From a virus (taxonomy: Duplodnaviria; Caudoviricetes), in IMG/VR virus record IMGVR_UViG_3300007535_000176, positions 1 through 61,660 of that record: a stretch of 61,660 nt of DNA; one strand, given 5' to 3'. Position numbers and translations under genes: made by a program. Below are positions 20,495-30,586 of the stretch, piece by piece. The notes under the pieces are model-generated. The model was not told the DNA's origin and searched no databases. It saw only the letters and a program-made list of their open reading frames with translations. The first letter of the stretch is position 1, and every line of letters begins with the position of its first letter.

Positions 20495-21381
20495 AAAGAA
20501 TTCCACACGGACTTGACGATTGGCTGGCACGTGAACCTATCTATTATCACCCAGCTATGCCTCTCGATCAAATACCACCGCAGCGATGCGGTGATGACGA
20601 ATACATACAGGATCGTCAGGTTCTTGGTTATTATCGTAACCTCAGTTATGAAATGATCAGGTTCATGGATTATGAAAATCCTATCATCGGTGTCATGGTG
20701 ACAACAGCTTGTTGGTTGGTAACCAGCATGAGTGAACAGGGCATGTTGAGCCCACTTAACATACAAGGATGGAATAACAATGTCCACCCAGGCATCAAGC
20801 GTTATATTGTTGCACATTATCTACAGTTTGACGCGGTCCCTGTTCTCTGGCAGGGTCCTGAACGAACCTCAAAATGGAAAATTAATTGTTTACGAAATCT
20901 TGAAGAAATCTACGGAAGAAATATTAGTGTTAAACTCAGACAGAAAGACCACGTATGTCTTGAAGTCAGTTCTCACAGCGAAAGCAATTGGCGCGATCCA
21001 AATGGATATGATTTTTGGGTTAAGGCTGCACTTGAGGACTTGGGAAACCAACATAAAATATTTGACTATGTTAGGGATCACGGGTTAAATCTCCTCTGTG
21101 ATGTGCCTGGATACACCATAAATAATGCTGACGTATTTCGCACTCACGCTTCTAGGAAAGCCGATCAACACGATTTTTACTTGGAAATACCTGATGCCCA
21201 GCTGCTCGAAAAAGACCTTTGGCAGCTTTATTTCCATTTTGATCCTAGAGTTGGGTTAAAAACATGCCCAGTAACCGGTATCAAGATTGTAAACAAATTG
21301 GGCGATCCCAATTGGCAAATTGAGGTTGACTTGGCTCGAACACTTGACAGGCCTTGGCTGTCAGAACCGGAGAAACAATGA
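20470..21381 (+). CDS. Hypothetical protein (weak ParB/Srx-like segment)
   Basis: 303-aa coupled ORF; PL...VHPGIKR resembles ParB-like motifs only weakly. Confidence 0.5.
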   Translation: MFRDECDLERIPHGLDDWLAREPIYYHPAMPLDQIPPQRCGDDEYIQDRQVLGYYRNLSYEMIRFMDYENPIIGVMVTTACWLVTSMSEQGMLSPLNIQGWNNNVHPGIKRYIVAHYLQFDAVPVLWQGPERTSKWKINCLRNLEEIYGRNISVKLRQKDHVCLEVSSHSESNWRDPNGYDFWVKAALEDLGNQHKIFDYVRDHGLNLLCDVPGYTINNADVFRTHASRKADQHDFYLEIPDAQLLEKDLWQLYFHFDPRVGLKTCPVTGIKIVNKLGDPNWQIEVDLARTLDRPWLSEPEKQ

Positions 21382-22778
21382 ATAAGAAAATGCCCAGTGA
21401 CACATTTTGTATCCTGCCCTGGATACACTTGAGCACACGACCAGATGGACAAATGAGAGTATGCTGCACGGCGAATGCCAGCAGTGTTGGTCCAACTAAC
21501 GACAAAGAGCATGGCGGGCAAATTGGCATACTCAAAGATGAACAGGGCAAACCAAACAATTTGAATGTGAGCGACTTTCAAAGTGCTTGGAATTCAACAT
21601 ACATGCGCAATGTGCGAAAGCAAATGCTCAATGGCGAAAAACCGCCATCATGTCTTAAATGTTTTCGAGAAGAAGCTGCTGGACACAATTCAAAACGCAT
21701 GTGGGAAACAAGATATTGGTCGGAAAGATTTGACATCGACCAACTCGTTGATGAAACAAACGAGGACGGATCGATTCCTCCTAAATTGCGTTATATTGAT
21801 TTGCGATTTGGCACAAAATGTCAATTGGCTTGTGTGATGTGTTCGCCACACGATAGTTCAGGATGGATTAAAGAACATTCACAAATATATCCGCAAGTTC
21901 AAAACCCAGCATTGAAAGAAACCATGGGCTGGAAAGACAAAGGAAGCACAAATGGAAGCTCGTATAATTGGCACAAAAACAATCCTGTATTTTGGGAGCA
22001 GTTCAACGAACAAATTCCGCACATGTCTCAATTATATTTCGCGGGTGGTGAAAGCCTCATCATTGACGAGCACTACACTATCCTTGAGCAAGCCATTAAA
22101 AACGGACACGCCGGGAACCTCGAGCTGCGATATAACAGTAATGGTGTTGAATGGCGAGAAGACCTTTTTGATTTGTGGAAAGAGTTTAAATTGGTTCGTT
22201 TTCACTATAGTGTCGACGATATCGGTGCAAGAAATGAATATATTAGATATCCCAGCAAATGGGATAGAACCAAGGACGTCTTCCATATTCTTGATGAAAG
22301 AACGAGCGATAATGTTGAAGTCACTGTTGCTTGCGCCGTACAAGCCCTGAACATCTACTACATTCCTGACTTTATTCGCTGGAAACTTACTCAGGGCTTT
22401 CGCAAGATCAATATGTGGCCATTTGGTGCAGGAGGTATTAACTATCATTTCGTTTATCACCCACCGCATCTCAATGTTAAGAGTCTGCCACCTTGGTTCA
22501 AGGATGAAGTAGAGAGAAAATATGAAGAGTTCATTCCGTGGTGGGAAGAAAATTGGCAGCTTGGTGTGCCCAGCTGGCATCAGGGCAAGGTTGACTACGA
22601 TACATGGAGGGGTGCAAGCTATGGTGTTGATCGGTTGCGCGGCATGGTCAACTTCATGAAGAGTGAAGATTGGAGTCAGCGAATGCCTGAAATGAAAGAA
22701 TATATTGAATTGATTGACCGCACTCGAGATCTTAAATTTGCAGAAGTATTTCCAGAAATGAAGGATATTTTTCGCTGA
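21378..22778 (+). CDS. Radical SAM protein with N-terminal twitch domain (rSAM 10)
   Basis: CILPW...VCC...CLKCF; CQLACVMC; AGGE; GGAG SD before ATG 21378. Confidence 0.93.
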   Translation: MNKKMPSDTFCILPWIHLSTRPDGQMRVCCTANASSVGPTNDKEHGGQIGILKDEQGKPNNLNVSDFQSAWNSTYMRNVRKQMLNGEKPPSCLKCFREEAAGHNSKRMWETRYWSERFDIDQLVDETNEDGSIPPKLRYIDLRFGTKCQLACVMCSPHDSSGWIKEHSQIYPQVQNPALKETMGWKDKGSTNGSSYNWHKNNPVFWEQFNEQIPHMSQLYFAGGESLIIDEHYTILEQAIKNGHAGNLELRYNSNGVEWREDLFDLWKEFKLVRFHYSVDDIGARNEYIRYPSKWDRTKDVFHILDERTSDNVEVTVACAVQALNIYYIPDFIRWKLTQGFRKINMWPFGAGGINYHFVYHPPHLNVKSLPPWFKDEVERKYEEFIPWWEENWQLGVPSWHQGKVDYDTWRGASYGVDRLRGMVNFMKSEDWSQRMPEMKEYIELIDRTRDLKFAEVFPEMKDIFR

Positions 22779-23878
22779 TGGTCTTTTGTATTGCTCCTTT
22801 TGTGAACTTCAGCACAAGAACAGATGGACGTATTCGCACCTGTTGTCAGGCTGATGAATTCAAAACTGTCCATGCATTTGACAATGATATAGAATCGATC
22901 TGGCGCAGCGAGGAATGGGAAGCATTGCGTGATCGGTTCCGCGCAGGCGAGTGGCCAGATCAATGTCACCGTTGCCGACGTAATGTAGAGAATGGCGTGA
23001 GTGCTCGTATTGGCATGGAAAACGAACGCTGGAAACATTTGGATTGGCAAGCACTTAAAGAAAATCCCGAGATACATATCTTCGATTTGCGCATGGGCAA
23101 TACTTGTAACCTCAAATGTGTTATGTGCAGCCCGGTTAATAGCAGCTTGTGGTGGAACGAACAAAAACTATTTGATCACTTAGGAGATGATGAAGTCAAA
23201 AACCGCCATCGTTATAAATGGGCAATGGATGATTACCTGTTAGACGAAGTAAAGCAAAATCTAGGCAATTTGCAGATGCTTTACTTTAGTGGTGGCGAAC
23301 CACTATTGATCAAAAAGCACCGGGAAATCATTGAGGAATGTATTGCACAAGGAGTTGCGGATCATATTAAATTGGTTTACGACACCAATGCCACGATGAT
23401 TGATGAGTATTGGATAGAACGTTGGAGTCACTTCAAGGCGGTACAAATTAATTTCAGTATTGACGGCGGGCCAGAAGTGGTCGAGTATATTCGATACCCT
23501 GTTAAATATGATGACTTGATTCAGTCCATGGAATTGTTGTCTGATAGCACTTGTGATGTGTTTTTACAGTTTAGCCTGGCTGCATACAATATATACGAAG
23601 TCAACAAGATAATCGATCTCAAAAATCAATATGGATTTCGTGGCATCAATATCAGCTTGGTTTACTGGCCAGATTTCCTGTCAGCCAAAGTGTTACCAGA
23701 CCATATAAAACAAGAGGCAAAAGAGCTCTATGCTGATTGTGAAGTGGGACGAGTGCGTGACTACATTAATAATCTCGAGTTGGATGGTAGCCAGCCTGGG
23801 GGTATGAAAGACTACTTTGAAAAGATCGACCTGAGTAGAGGATTAAATTACAAGGAAGTGTTTAAATGGCTGACATAA
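22778..23878 (+). CDS. Radical SAM protein with N-terminal twitch domain (rSAM 11)
   Basis: CIAPF...TCC...CHRC; CNLKCVMC; SGGEPLL; SIDG. Confidence 0.93.
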   Translation: MVFCIAPFVNFSTRTDGRIRTCCQADEFKTVHAFDNDIESIWRSEEWEALRDRFRAGEWPDQCHRCRRNVENGVSARIGMENERWKHLDWQALKENPEIHIFDLRMGNTCNLKCVMCSPVNSSLWWNEQKLFDHLGDDEVKNRHRYKWAMDDYLLDEVKQNLGNLQMLYFSGGEPLLIKKHREIIEECIAQGVADHIKLVYDTNATMIDEYWIERWSHFKAVQINFSIDGGPEVVEYIRYPVKYDDLIQSMELLSDSTCDVFLQFSLAAYNIYEVNKIIDLKNQYGFRGINISLVYWPDFLSAKVLPDHIKQEAKELYADCEVGRVRDYINNLELDGSQPGGMKDYFEKIDLSRGLNYKEVFKWLT

Positions 23879-25827
23879 AACTATTAGTTGCAATCTGGGA
23901 TACACGAGACCAGTTCGATATTCCTGACGATCTAGCCAACCAAATGCTAGACATCACACACAAATTTGCAATGAGCATTAAAGGTCATGTTCGCAAATAT
24001 GATATTGAACTTGGTAGCGACATCGTTATCACATCCGTCAATAATTTGATCGATCGAACACAGCAATACGACTTTACTCATGCGGTGGTAATAGCTAGTG
24101 GTTGTGTAATACACAATCCAGATGATTTTTGTCAAGGTATACGAAATCAAATCAAAAACAATCCGGGAATGTGCATGAGTGCACACATATTACATACAGG
24201 ATTGTGGCCAAGTGAAAACAATCCAGATTTCTATACCTTGCATGAGCAAACCATACTATTGAGTCGTCATGCATTGGATCACATGGCTGATGATGGACTT
24301 GTTATAAATGAAGGTCCAGGATATCAAACTGACAACTGGAACCCCATCAAACGTGACGAGCGCAATGTTCATGACGACTATACTCCTGTTGATATTGGCC
24401 CGGATCGTGATCGCAAGGCTGTGCCACTAACAAAAAATAGTCGCATGGGCGTCTGTGAAGAGCTGCTCAATTATTGCATTGTTCGCCGTTGGCACGTTCA
24501 AAATTTTAACCCTCTTGTGCGTCGTAGCAAAGGATATTCTTACCATAATGAACGAACTGATGAATTCGCCCGTTATCTTAATATGGAACCTCGTGTTCTT
24601 GATCAAGACGTCATGCTACGCGGGCATTGGGAATTCTTTAAGAAATTTGATTACAGAGACAAGTTTTGGGCATTTAATACTGAAAGCATGTGTGATGCTC
24701 TTCCTGATCGTGAATATGATGCATTCATTGGAGTTGCGGCAGGACAAATCCCCTGGCATTATTTAAGCCATTATCGTTTTGCCCCTGATACTGAGGTTAT
24801 TTTTATTGACATAGATCCCAACGCATTGAAATTCCAGCGTTGGTTTGTTGAAAATTATGATCCTGAATCAATGCATGAATGGAGTGACATTGTTGACCGT
24901 TATCTCGCAGTCACTCCTGGAGTCAATCCTATTGGCAATAAAGATTTGAGTTCAGAATTGTGGTTGGAGTATCGTAATCAAATTAAAGAAAAATGGCCAC
25001 AAATACGAAACTATACGTATCATTATGTTCATGAGGATATGATCACCAGCCAATCTCTGAGAGATTGGGCATCTCGATCCAAAATTCCCATGGTGTGGTT
25101 TAGCAACGTCTTTCGTTACAGTGGTGTAATTGAAAAGAATTATGATACAGAATCACTACAGAATTTCCTTAATGGAATCGTTCACGCCAATCGACATGCA
25201 GCATGGGTTGGTGATAATATGCATGTAGGCCTTTGTGTGGGCCCAAATAGTCAACCAACCAGCCGTGAACGTTTTTGTAAAAAGCTTGATATACCCAAAA
25301 TGGATGTATTACAAGTTCAAAAAGAAATTCAACATCTTGAAAACCAAGGTATGTTCACTGATCACCGTGGCGGAGACCATCCAGGCTGGTCCAGCTTTGT
25401 TCTTCACGGACTGGGATATGATAAAACTCTAGGCAAAGAATATTATGGGTATGAACATGACCGTGATGCGCCCTATGATTGGACTGTGGAAGCTGAAAAA
25501 TACACACCAACACTGGTGCAGTATTTTCGAGAAGCAGGATTCAAACGTCGTTATCACCGTATTCGAATCATGCGTTTGGCTCCAGGTGGGTATATAAGTA
25601 TACATGACGATGATCCACAAAAACATAGAACACAATGGGCTATGAATATAGCAATTAACAATCCAGAACAATGTGAGATGCATTTCTGGGACCAAGAGTT
25701 TCGCTATGCAGGCTGTGTTCCTTGGCAACCTGGCGACGCTTATCGTATAAGAATTCATTTCCCACATATGGTAATGAACAACAGTGATGAAGTTCGCTAT
25801 CACATAATCGTGCATGGGGAAGATTAA
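23866..25827 (+). CDS. Multidomain protein with C-terminal aspartyl/asparaginyl beta-hydroxylase-type 2OG-Fe(II) domain
   Basis: C-terminal RIRIMRLAPGGYISIHDD...HMVMN...RYHIIV; central GVAAG...FIDID Rossmann-like segment. Confidence 0.72.
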   Translation: MADIKLLVAIWDTRDQFDIPDDLANQMLDITHKFAMSIKGHVRKYDIELGSDIVITSVNNLIDRTQQYDFTHAVVIASGCVIHNPDDFCQGIRNQIKNNPGMCMSAHILHTGLWPSENNPDFYTLHEQTILLSRHALDHMADDGLVINEGPGYQTDNWNPIKRDERNVHDDYTPVDIGPDRDRKAVPLTKNSRMGVCEELLNYCIVRRWHVQNFNPLVRRSKGYSYHNERTDEFARYLNMEPRVLDQDVMLRGHWEFFKKFDYRDKFWAFNTESMCDALPDREYDAFIGVAAGQIPWHYLSHYRFAPDTEVIFIDIDPNALKFQRWFVENYDPESMHEWSDIVDRYLAVTPGVNPIGNKDLSSELWLEYRNQIKEKWPQIRNYTYHYVHEDMITSQSLRDWASRSKIPMVWFSNVFRYSGVIEKNYDTESLQNFLNGIVHANRHAAWVGDNMHVGLCVGPNSQPTSRERFCKKLDIPKMDVLQVQKEIQHLENQGMFTDHRGGDHPGWSSFVLHGLGYDKTLGKEYYGYEHDRDAPYDWTVEAEKYTPTLVQYFREAGFKRRYHRIRIMRLAPGGYISIHDDDPQKHRTQWAMNIAINNPEQCEMHFWDQEFRYAGCVPWQPGDAYRIRIHFPHMVMNNSDEVRYHIIVHGED

Positions 25828-26903
25828 TGAAAAAGGAATTTAATAATGGCAGATGCAATGATTATGATCTATTGATAAGCCAGGCTGGTCGATTTGATTA
25901 TAATCAAGTATACGCTGAGAAATTTGAAGATTTTAATCATCTTAACAGCTTGCGTATTGCCTGTCAACCAGGAAACATTTGCACCTATAATTGCACGTAT
26001 TGTGATTGGACAAATAAATCTGGTAACTGGCCCTGGCCAGATCACAATCAATTTGCCAAGCTAATCAAAAGAATTGACGATGTTTATCGCGCACCCCCTT
26101 ATAACAAGAAACACATCATTTGGGAATTGCTTGGTGGTGAAATTACAGTTTGGCCACATATTGACAAAATGATCAATCTACTAAATGAGCGTGGACATCA
26201 TATACAATTGATTACAAATGGGGTCCGCAATCTTCGTTGGTGGAACCAAAATGCTGATCGGTTCAGTCATGTCACACTTAGCTACCATCCAGAATCTGCA
26301 GATTATCGTCACATGAATGATGTGGGTAATCTATTATCAGATCGTGCTATTAGCACGGGCATGTTGGTATTGATGTATCCGCCATTATGGGATCGCTGTG
26401 TTGAAGCTTTTAAGCATTTTCGTGATCATGGTCGTTACCCTACCGAATGTAAAACTTTATATGATACTCATGACAGTCATGGTGAATTCTATAGCTGGGA
26501 TTATACTAGTGAACAACGCCAATTTGTGATTGACAATCAAAAAGTGGGTCCAGAGGTCGAAAGTGAACAAGAAAATCCTTCACTCTTTACTGTATATAAG
26601 TTGGTAAAAGATCATGATGACCAGGTAACAATCAATCAAACAAACGTAAACGACTTGCTAGTAAGGAAAGAAAATAACTGGAAAGACTGGGACTGTTATA
26701 TAGGAATGGATACTCTTTACATGAGTGCAGAAGGAAATATCAAGCGTGGCGCACAATGCTTTCCGGACAAAGGATACATTGGAAATTGGAGGTTTGATGA
26801 TCCAAATGACATCAAATGGCCCACAAAACCTATTCGCTGCGAATATACAGAATGTCTATGTGCGCATGATGTAAGAGCAAGGAAAATAAGACGTGATAGA
26901 TAA
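25827..26903 (+). CDS. Radical SAM protein with C-terminal Cys-rich domain (rSAM 12)
   Basis: CTYNCTYC; LGGE; ITNG; SYH; WDCYIG...C...CEYTECLC. Confidence 0.92.
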   Translation: MKKEFNNGRCNDYDLLISQAGRFDYNQVYAEKFEDFNHLNSLRIACQPGNICTYNCTYCDWTNKSGNWPWPDHNQFAKLIKRIDDVYRAPPYNKKHIIWELLGGEITVWPHIDKMINLLNERGHHIQLITNGVRNLRWWNQNADRFSHVTLSYHPESADYRHMNDVGNLLSDRAISTGMLVLMYPPLWDRCVEAFKHFRDHGRYPTECKTLYDTHDSHGEFYSWDYTSEQRQFVIDNQKVGPEVESEQENPSLFTVYKLVKDHDDQVTINQTNVNDLLVRKENNWKDWDCYIGMDTLYMSAEGNIKRGAQCFPDKGYIGNWRFDDPNDIKWPTKPIRCEYTECLCAHDVRARKIRRDR

Positions 26904-28113
26904 ATCAACTTTCTGTGTAGCACCATTTATACATCAAAGCATGAAAACTGACGGCAGTATCAAAGCTTGTTGTCGCAGCTTGCCCGCGATCAGTAATGTC
27001 CGTGAAGAACCACTCAGCGAGGCTTGGAACAATCCCTTGCTTAAACAGATGCGATTGGATCTCACAAGCGGAGAGACAAACAAGCGTTGCCGCATCTGTT
27101 TTGATCAAGAAGAACAAGGCGTTAAAAGCCTGCGACAAAAATACAACAGCAATCAAGACCGTTACGCCCGAGCAATTGATGTAGCAGAACGCATGGAAGA
27201 GGATGGCACAGTAAACGATTCTCCACAGTGGATTGAATTCAAACTCAGTAACCTTTGCAATCTCAAATGTCGAATGTGTCATCCACTGGATAGCACCAAG
27301 TGGTTTAACGACTATAAACTAGTCGAACATTTGCATGAAGATCAATGGCAACACTACCTAGCCAAAGCAGGTGTTGACAAAAAGCCATTGCTCAATGTTT
27401 TTGATGAAGACTTTCACGCAGACGTAAAACAATTTTTGGATAACGTGGACTATCTACAATTTGCAGGAGGTGAACCTCTTTATGATGACGCGCATTATGA
27501 GATCCTTGAGATTGTTCGACCAAGAGCACATGAGATCACACTCAACTATGCCACGAATATGACAGTGCTGTCAACCAAGAAATACAATGTTTTGGACTTT
27601 TGGCGTGATTTCAAAAGCGTTATGGTCAGCGCGAGTATTGATGGGCCACCAGGACTCAATGATTATATACGTGGTGGAGCAGAGCGTTACGATATTGAAC
27701 TCAATGTCAAAAGAGTCAATGAATTGCCAAATTGTATTACTGTTGGCAAGCCAACTATCCAGGCACTCAATATCTATTATCTGCCAGAACTATTTGAATG
27801 GATCAAACAAAACAATTTTAAACAAGTAGATCATCATTTTGTTACCTTTCCGAAATTCTTGGATTGTCGTATTTGGACAGGCCGAGCTAGAATGGAAATT
27901 GATGCTAAATTACAAAACTATTACGAAAATCAAACTGATGAGCGGACGCGCAATGTCCTAGATAACATACTCACCTTTTTCCGCAGTGCCGAAATGTATG
28001 AGGACCAAAAATGGGATGATTTTCTCGAATACAATCGCATATTGGACGATGCCCGTGATCAAAATTACAAAGATTATGCGTTTTTTAGAGAATACATGAA
28101 GGATAGAAAATGA
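26893..28113 (+). CDS. Radical SAM protein with N-terminal twitch domain (rSAM 13)
   Basis: CVAPF...ACC...CRICF; CNLKCRMC; AGGEPL; ASIDG. Confidence 0.93.
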   Translation: MIDKSTFCVAPFIHQSMKTDGSIKACCRSLPAISNVREEPLSEAWNNPLLKQMRLDLTSGETNKRCRICFDQEEQGVKSLRQKYNSNQDRYARAIDVAERMEEDGTVNDSPQWIEFKLSNLCNLKCRMCHPLDSTKWFNDYKLVEHLHEDQWQHYLAKAGVDKKPLLNVFDEDFHADVKQFLDNVDYLQFAGGEPLYDDAHYEILEIVRPRAHEITLNYATNMTVLSTKKYNVLDFWRDFKSVMVSASIDGPPGLNDYIRGGAERYDIELNVKRVNELPNCITVGKPTIQALNIYYLPELFEWIKQNNFKQVDHHFVTFPKFLDCRIWTGRARMEIDAKLQNYYENQTDERTRNVLDNILTFFRSAEMYEDQKWDDFLEYNRILDDARDQNYKDYAFFREYMKDRK

Positions 28114-29261
28114 GCGATACATTTTGTGTTTTACCCTGGATGCATCTAGCCACCAACGCAAGTGGTAATTTGCGAGTGTGTTGTAACAGCACGCCAGGTA
28201 AAAACATGATACTCAAAGAGGATGGCAAGCCCTATAAATTGTGGCGAGATGACATCCGTGATGCATGGACAAGCGAAACCTATAAAGAAATTCGCAGGCA
28301 AATGCTGGCGGGTGAAAGACCTGAAATGTGTCAGCGTTGTTTCCGTGAAGAAGATGTAGGTGTTAAGAGCGCCAGACAGAGTTGGAATCAAAAGTGGCGA
28401 GAGGATCGTGTTTATGAAGCCGAGCCTGAAATGGATATACGATATGTGGATTTGCGATTGGGCAATTTGTGCAATTTGCGTTGTCGTATGTGTAACCCAT
28501 ACGCAAGCAACCAGTGGGTTGATGAGTGGAAAGAACTTACCGGGCAAGATCTCGGCGAGAGTGAGTTCAATCGTCTCAAGCACATGGATTGGCCTGAGCA
28601 TGAAAAGACCTGGGATAATCTATTCAGCTTGGTTGACAGTATTGATGAAATCTATTTGACGGGTGGTGAACCAACCATTATCCAACAACAGCATCGTTTA
28701 CTGGATCATTGTATTGAACGAGGGCTTGCTAAAAGCATCAAATTAAAGTATAATACAAACTTGACTAACATACCACAAAGGTTAGTTGAAAAGTGGAGCC
28801 AATTCCGCACAGTGCAACTCAATTGCAGCATTGATGCAACGGGGGCGCTGGACAGATATATTCGATATCCAAGCAATTGGAGCAAGATCCAAGAAAACTT
28901 TGAACGGGTGCGCGAACTGGACAACAGCTATGTCGAAATACATTGCACGGTTCAGATGTATAACATCACCCGGTTACATGAATTAATAGACTGGGCAGAG
29001 CCCTACGGACATAAGATTTACTTCAATATCCTCAACCATCCTGAGTGTCTAAACATACGTGTTTTGGACAGTGGTCTAAAAAACCAAGTCACACAAATTT
29101 TAGCACAATACACTCATCTTGAACGTGTTCAAGGTGTGATAGATTATATGAACGCGGAGGATTGGAGTGAGCATTACGATGAGTTTGTTCGCTATACAGA
29201 GGTATTAGATCAAAGCAGAGACGAAAGCGGACGTGACTTGTTACCGGAGTTGTTTAAATGA
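28110..29261 (+). CDS. Radical SAM protein with N-terminal twitch domain (rSAM 14)
   Basis: CVLPW...VCC...CQRCF; CNLRCRMC; TGGEPT; YIRYPSNW. Confidence 0.93.
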   Translation: MSDTFCVLPWMHLATNASGNLRVCCNSTPGKNMILKEDGKPYKLWRDDIRDAWTSETYKEIRRQMLAGERPEMCQRCFREEDVGVKSARQSWNQKWREDRVYEAEPEMDIRYVDLRLGNLCNLRCRMCNPYASNQWVDEWKELTGQDLGESEFNRLKHMDWPEHEKTWDNLFSLVDSIDEIYLTGGEPTIIQQQHRLLDHCIERGLAKSIKLKYNTNLTNIPQRLVEKWSQFRTVQLNCSIDATGALDRYIRYPSNWSKIQENFERVRELDNSYVEIHCTVQMYNITRLHELIDWAEPYGHKIYFNILNHPECLNIRVLDSGLKNQVTQILAQYTHLERVQGVIDYMNAEDWSEHYDEFVRYTEVLDQSRDESGRDLLPELFK

Positions 29262-29836
29262 AGATACTTATAAGCGGTAACAGCGATCGTGGACTTAGTG
29301 CTGCCATTGGCCTCCAAATGCCAGAACATGCAATCGAGTATGCTAGTCGCAAGAGTGGTTTTGACTTGTGCACAAGAGATGGGCGCGATGCCTTTGTAGA
29401 ATTGGCTGTGTCAGCAGATGTTGTGATAGTTTGCGCAGCACTACACCAATTTCAACAGACAGTGCTTCTAGAGGCTGTCAGCAAGCGTCTCCGCGCGTCA
29501 GGCACCGCGCCACAAATCATAGTGGTAGGCAGCACAACAGATCGTGTCAAGAATGGAAAGCCTTGGCTATACAATGCTGAGAAAAAAGCATTGCGTGATT
29601 TTAGCAACACACTTGCAATCGGCGGAGTGTGGACTGATGGCTTGCCCAAGGTCAGTTACATCAGCTTTGGTACATTGAGTAACAATCAGGAGAAGCATCC
29701 TGACCGTCACTGTATAGACATTGACCAAGCAGCAGGCTACGTTAAATGGTTGATTGAACAACCCCGTCATGTCAATATCAACGAGATAAGTATCGATCCC
29801 ATGCAGGGAAGCATGTGGCATAGCGACCAGGAATAA
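29258..29836 (+). CDS. Short-chain dehydrogenase/reductase-like oxidoreductase
   Basis: ILISGNSDRGL Rossmann start, VGS, YNAEK (YxxxK), C-terminal INEISI. Confidence 0.75.
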   Translation: MKILISGNSDRGLSAAIGLQMPEHAIEYASRKSGFDLCTRDGRDAFVELAVSADVVIVCAALHQFQQTVLLEAVSKRLRASGTAPQIIVVGSTTDRVKNGKPWLYNAEKKALRDFSNTLAIGGVWTDGLPKVSYISFGTLSNNQEKHPDRHCIDIDQAAGYVKWLIEQPRHVNINEISIDPMQGSMWHSDQE

Positions 29837-29839
29837 ATC

Positions 29840-30586
29840 GTGAGTTTGGGAATATTTGGAGACAGCTACGCACAAGACCAGGGCCAACCTGGATGGGTGG
29901 CTAAAATGATTGAAGAGCGTGGTGCAGTAAGCCACGGAAAGGAAGGATTGGGAACAGATTGGATCTATCAACAATTCGTGCAGCATCACAATGAATATGA
30001 AAGAGTAATTGTTTTCATATCCAATTTTATGCGAACCTGTTTGTTTGATGCTGAATGGGAAATGATCCAAGACTTGGAATCATATGACGATTTGGATATG
30101 GGACGTATCCGTGCTGTTGGTGTCGCAGCAACATATGAAAAGGCCGAAAAGACCAGCACTCGTCTTTTTGGCAATGATTTTGTTCCTGAAGTCAAGGTGC
30201 TCTGCAAAGCAAAGGACCGATTGCGAGAGAGGTTGCCACTTACATCAATCATCACACAACATGCAATGATCAATAGCATAAAATTGACACGTCCAGATGC
30301 AATTGTCGTCAACAGCTTTCCATTGGGCAAGATGGGTGGTATGCATAACATCACTAAAATGGATACTGATCGACTCGCGACACGCTGGGAAGTTAGCAAC
30401 GTCCGCAAAAATCACATGTCACCCGCACAAAATGCAATGTTCTTTGAACTCATGAAAAAAGCATTGGATGACGAATCTTTTGATATCAACTCAACCTTAA
30501 AAGCAGATCAATTGCGTCGTTATTATCCAGCATCACAATCTCTTGAAGAGGCAGGATTAAGAAGAAATGGCAAACCAAAACGATGA
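29840..30586 (+). CDS. SGNH/GDSL hydrolase-like protein
   Basis: IFGDSY; G..G; C-terminal KNHMS. Confidence 0.58.
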   Translation: MSLGIFGDSYAQDQGQPGWVAKMIEERGAVSHGKEGLGTDWIYQQFVQHHNEYERVIVFISNFMRTCLFDAEWEMIQDLESYDDLDMGRIRAVGVAATYEKAEKTSTRLFGNDFVPEVKVLCKAKDRLRERLPLTSIITQHAMINSIKLTRPDAIVVNSFPLGKMGGMHNITKMDTDRLATRWEVSNVRKNHMSPAQNAMFFELMKKALDDESFDINSTLKADQLRRYYPASQSLEEAGLRRNGKPKR

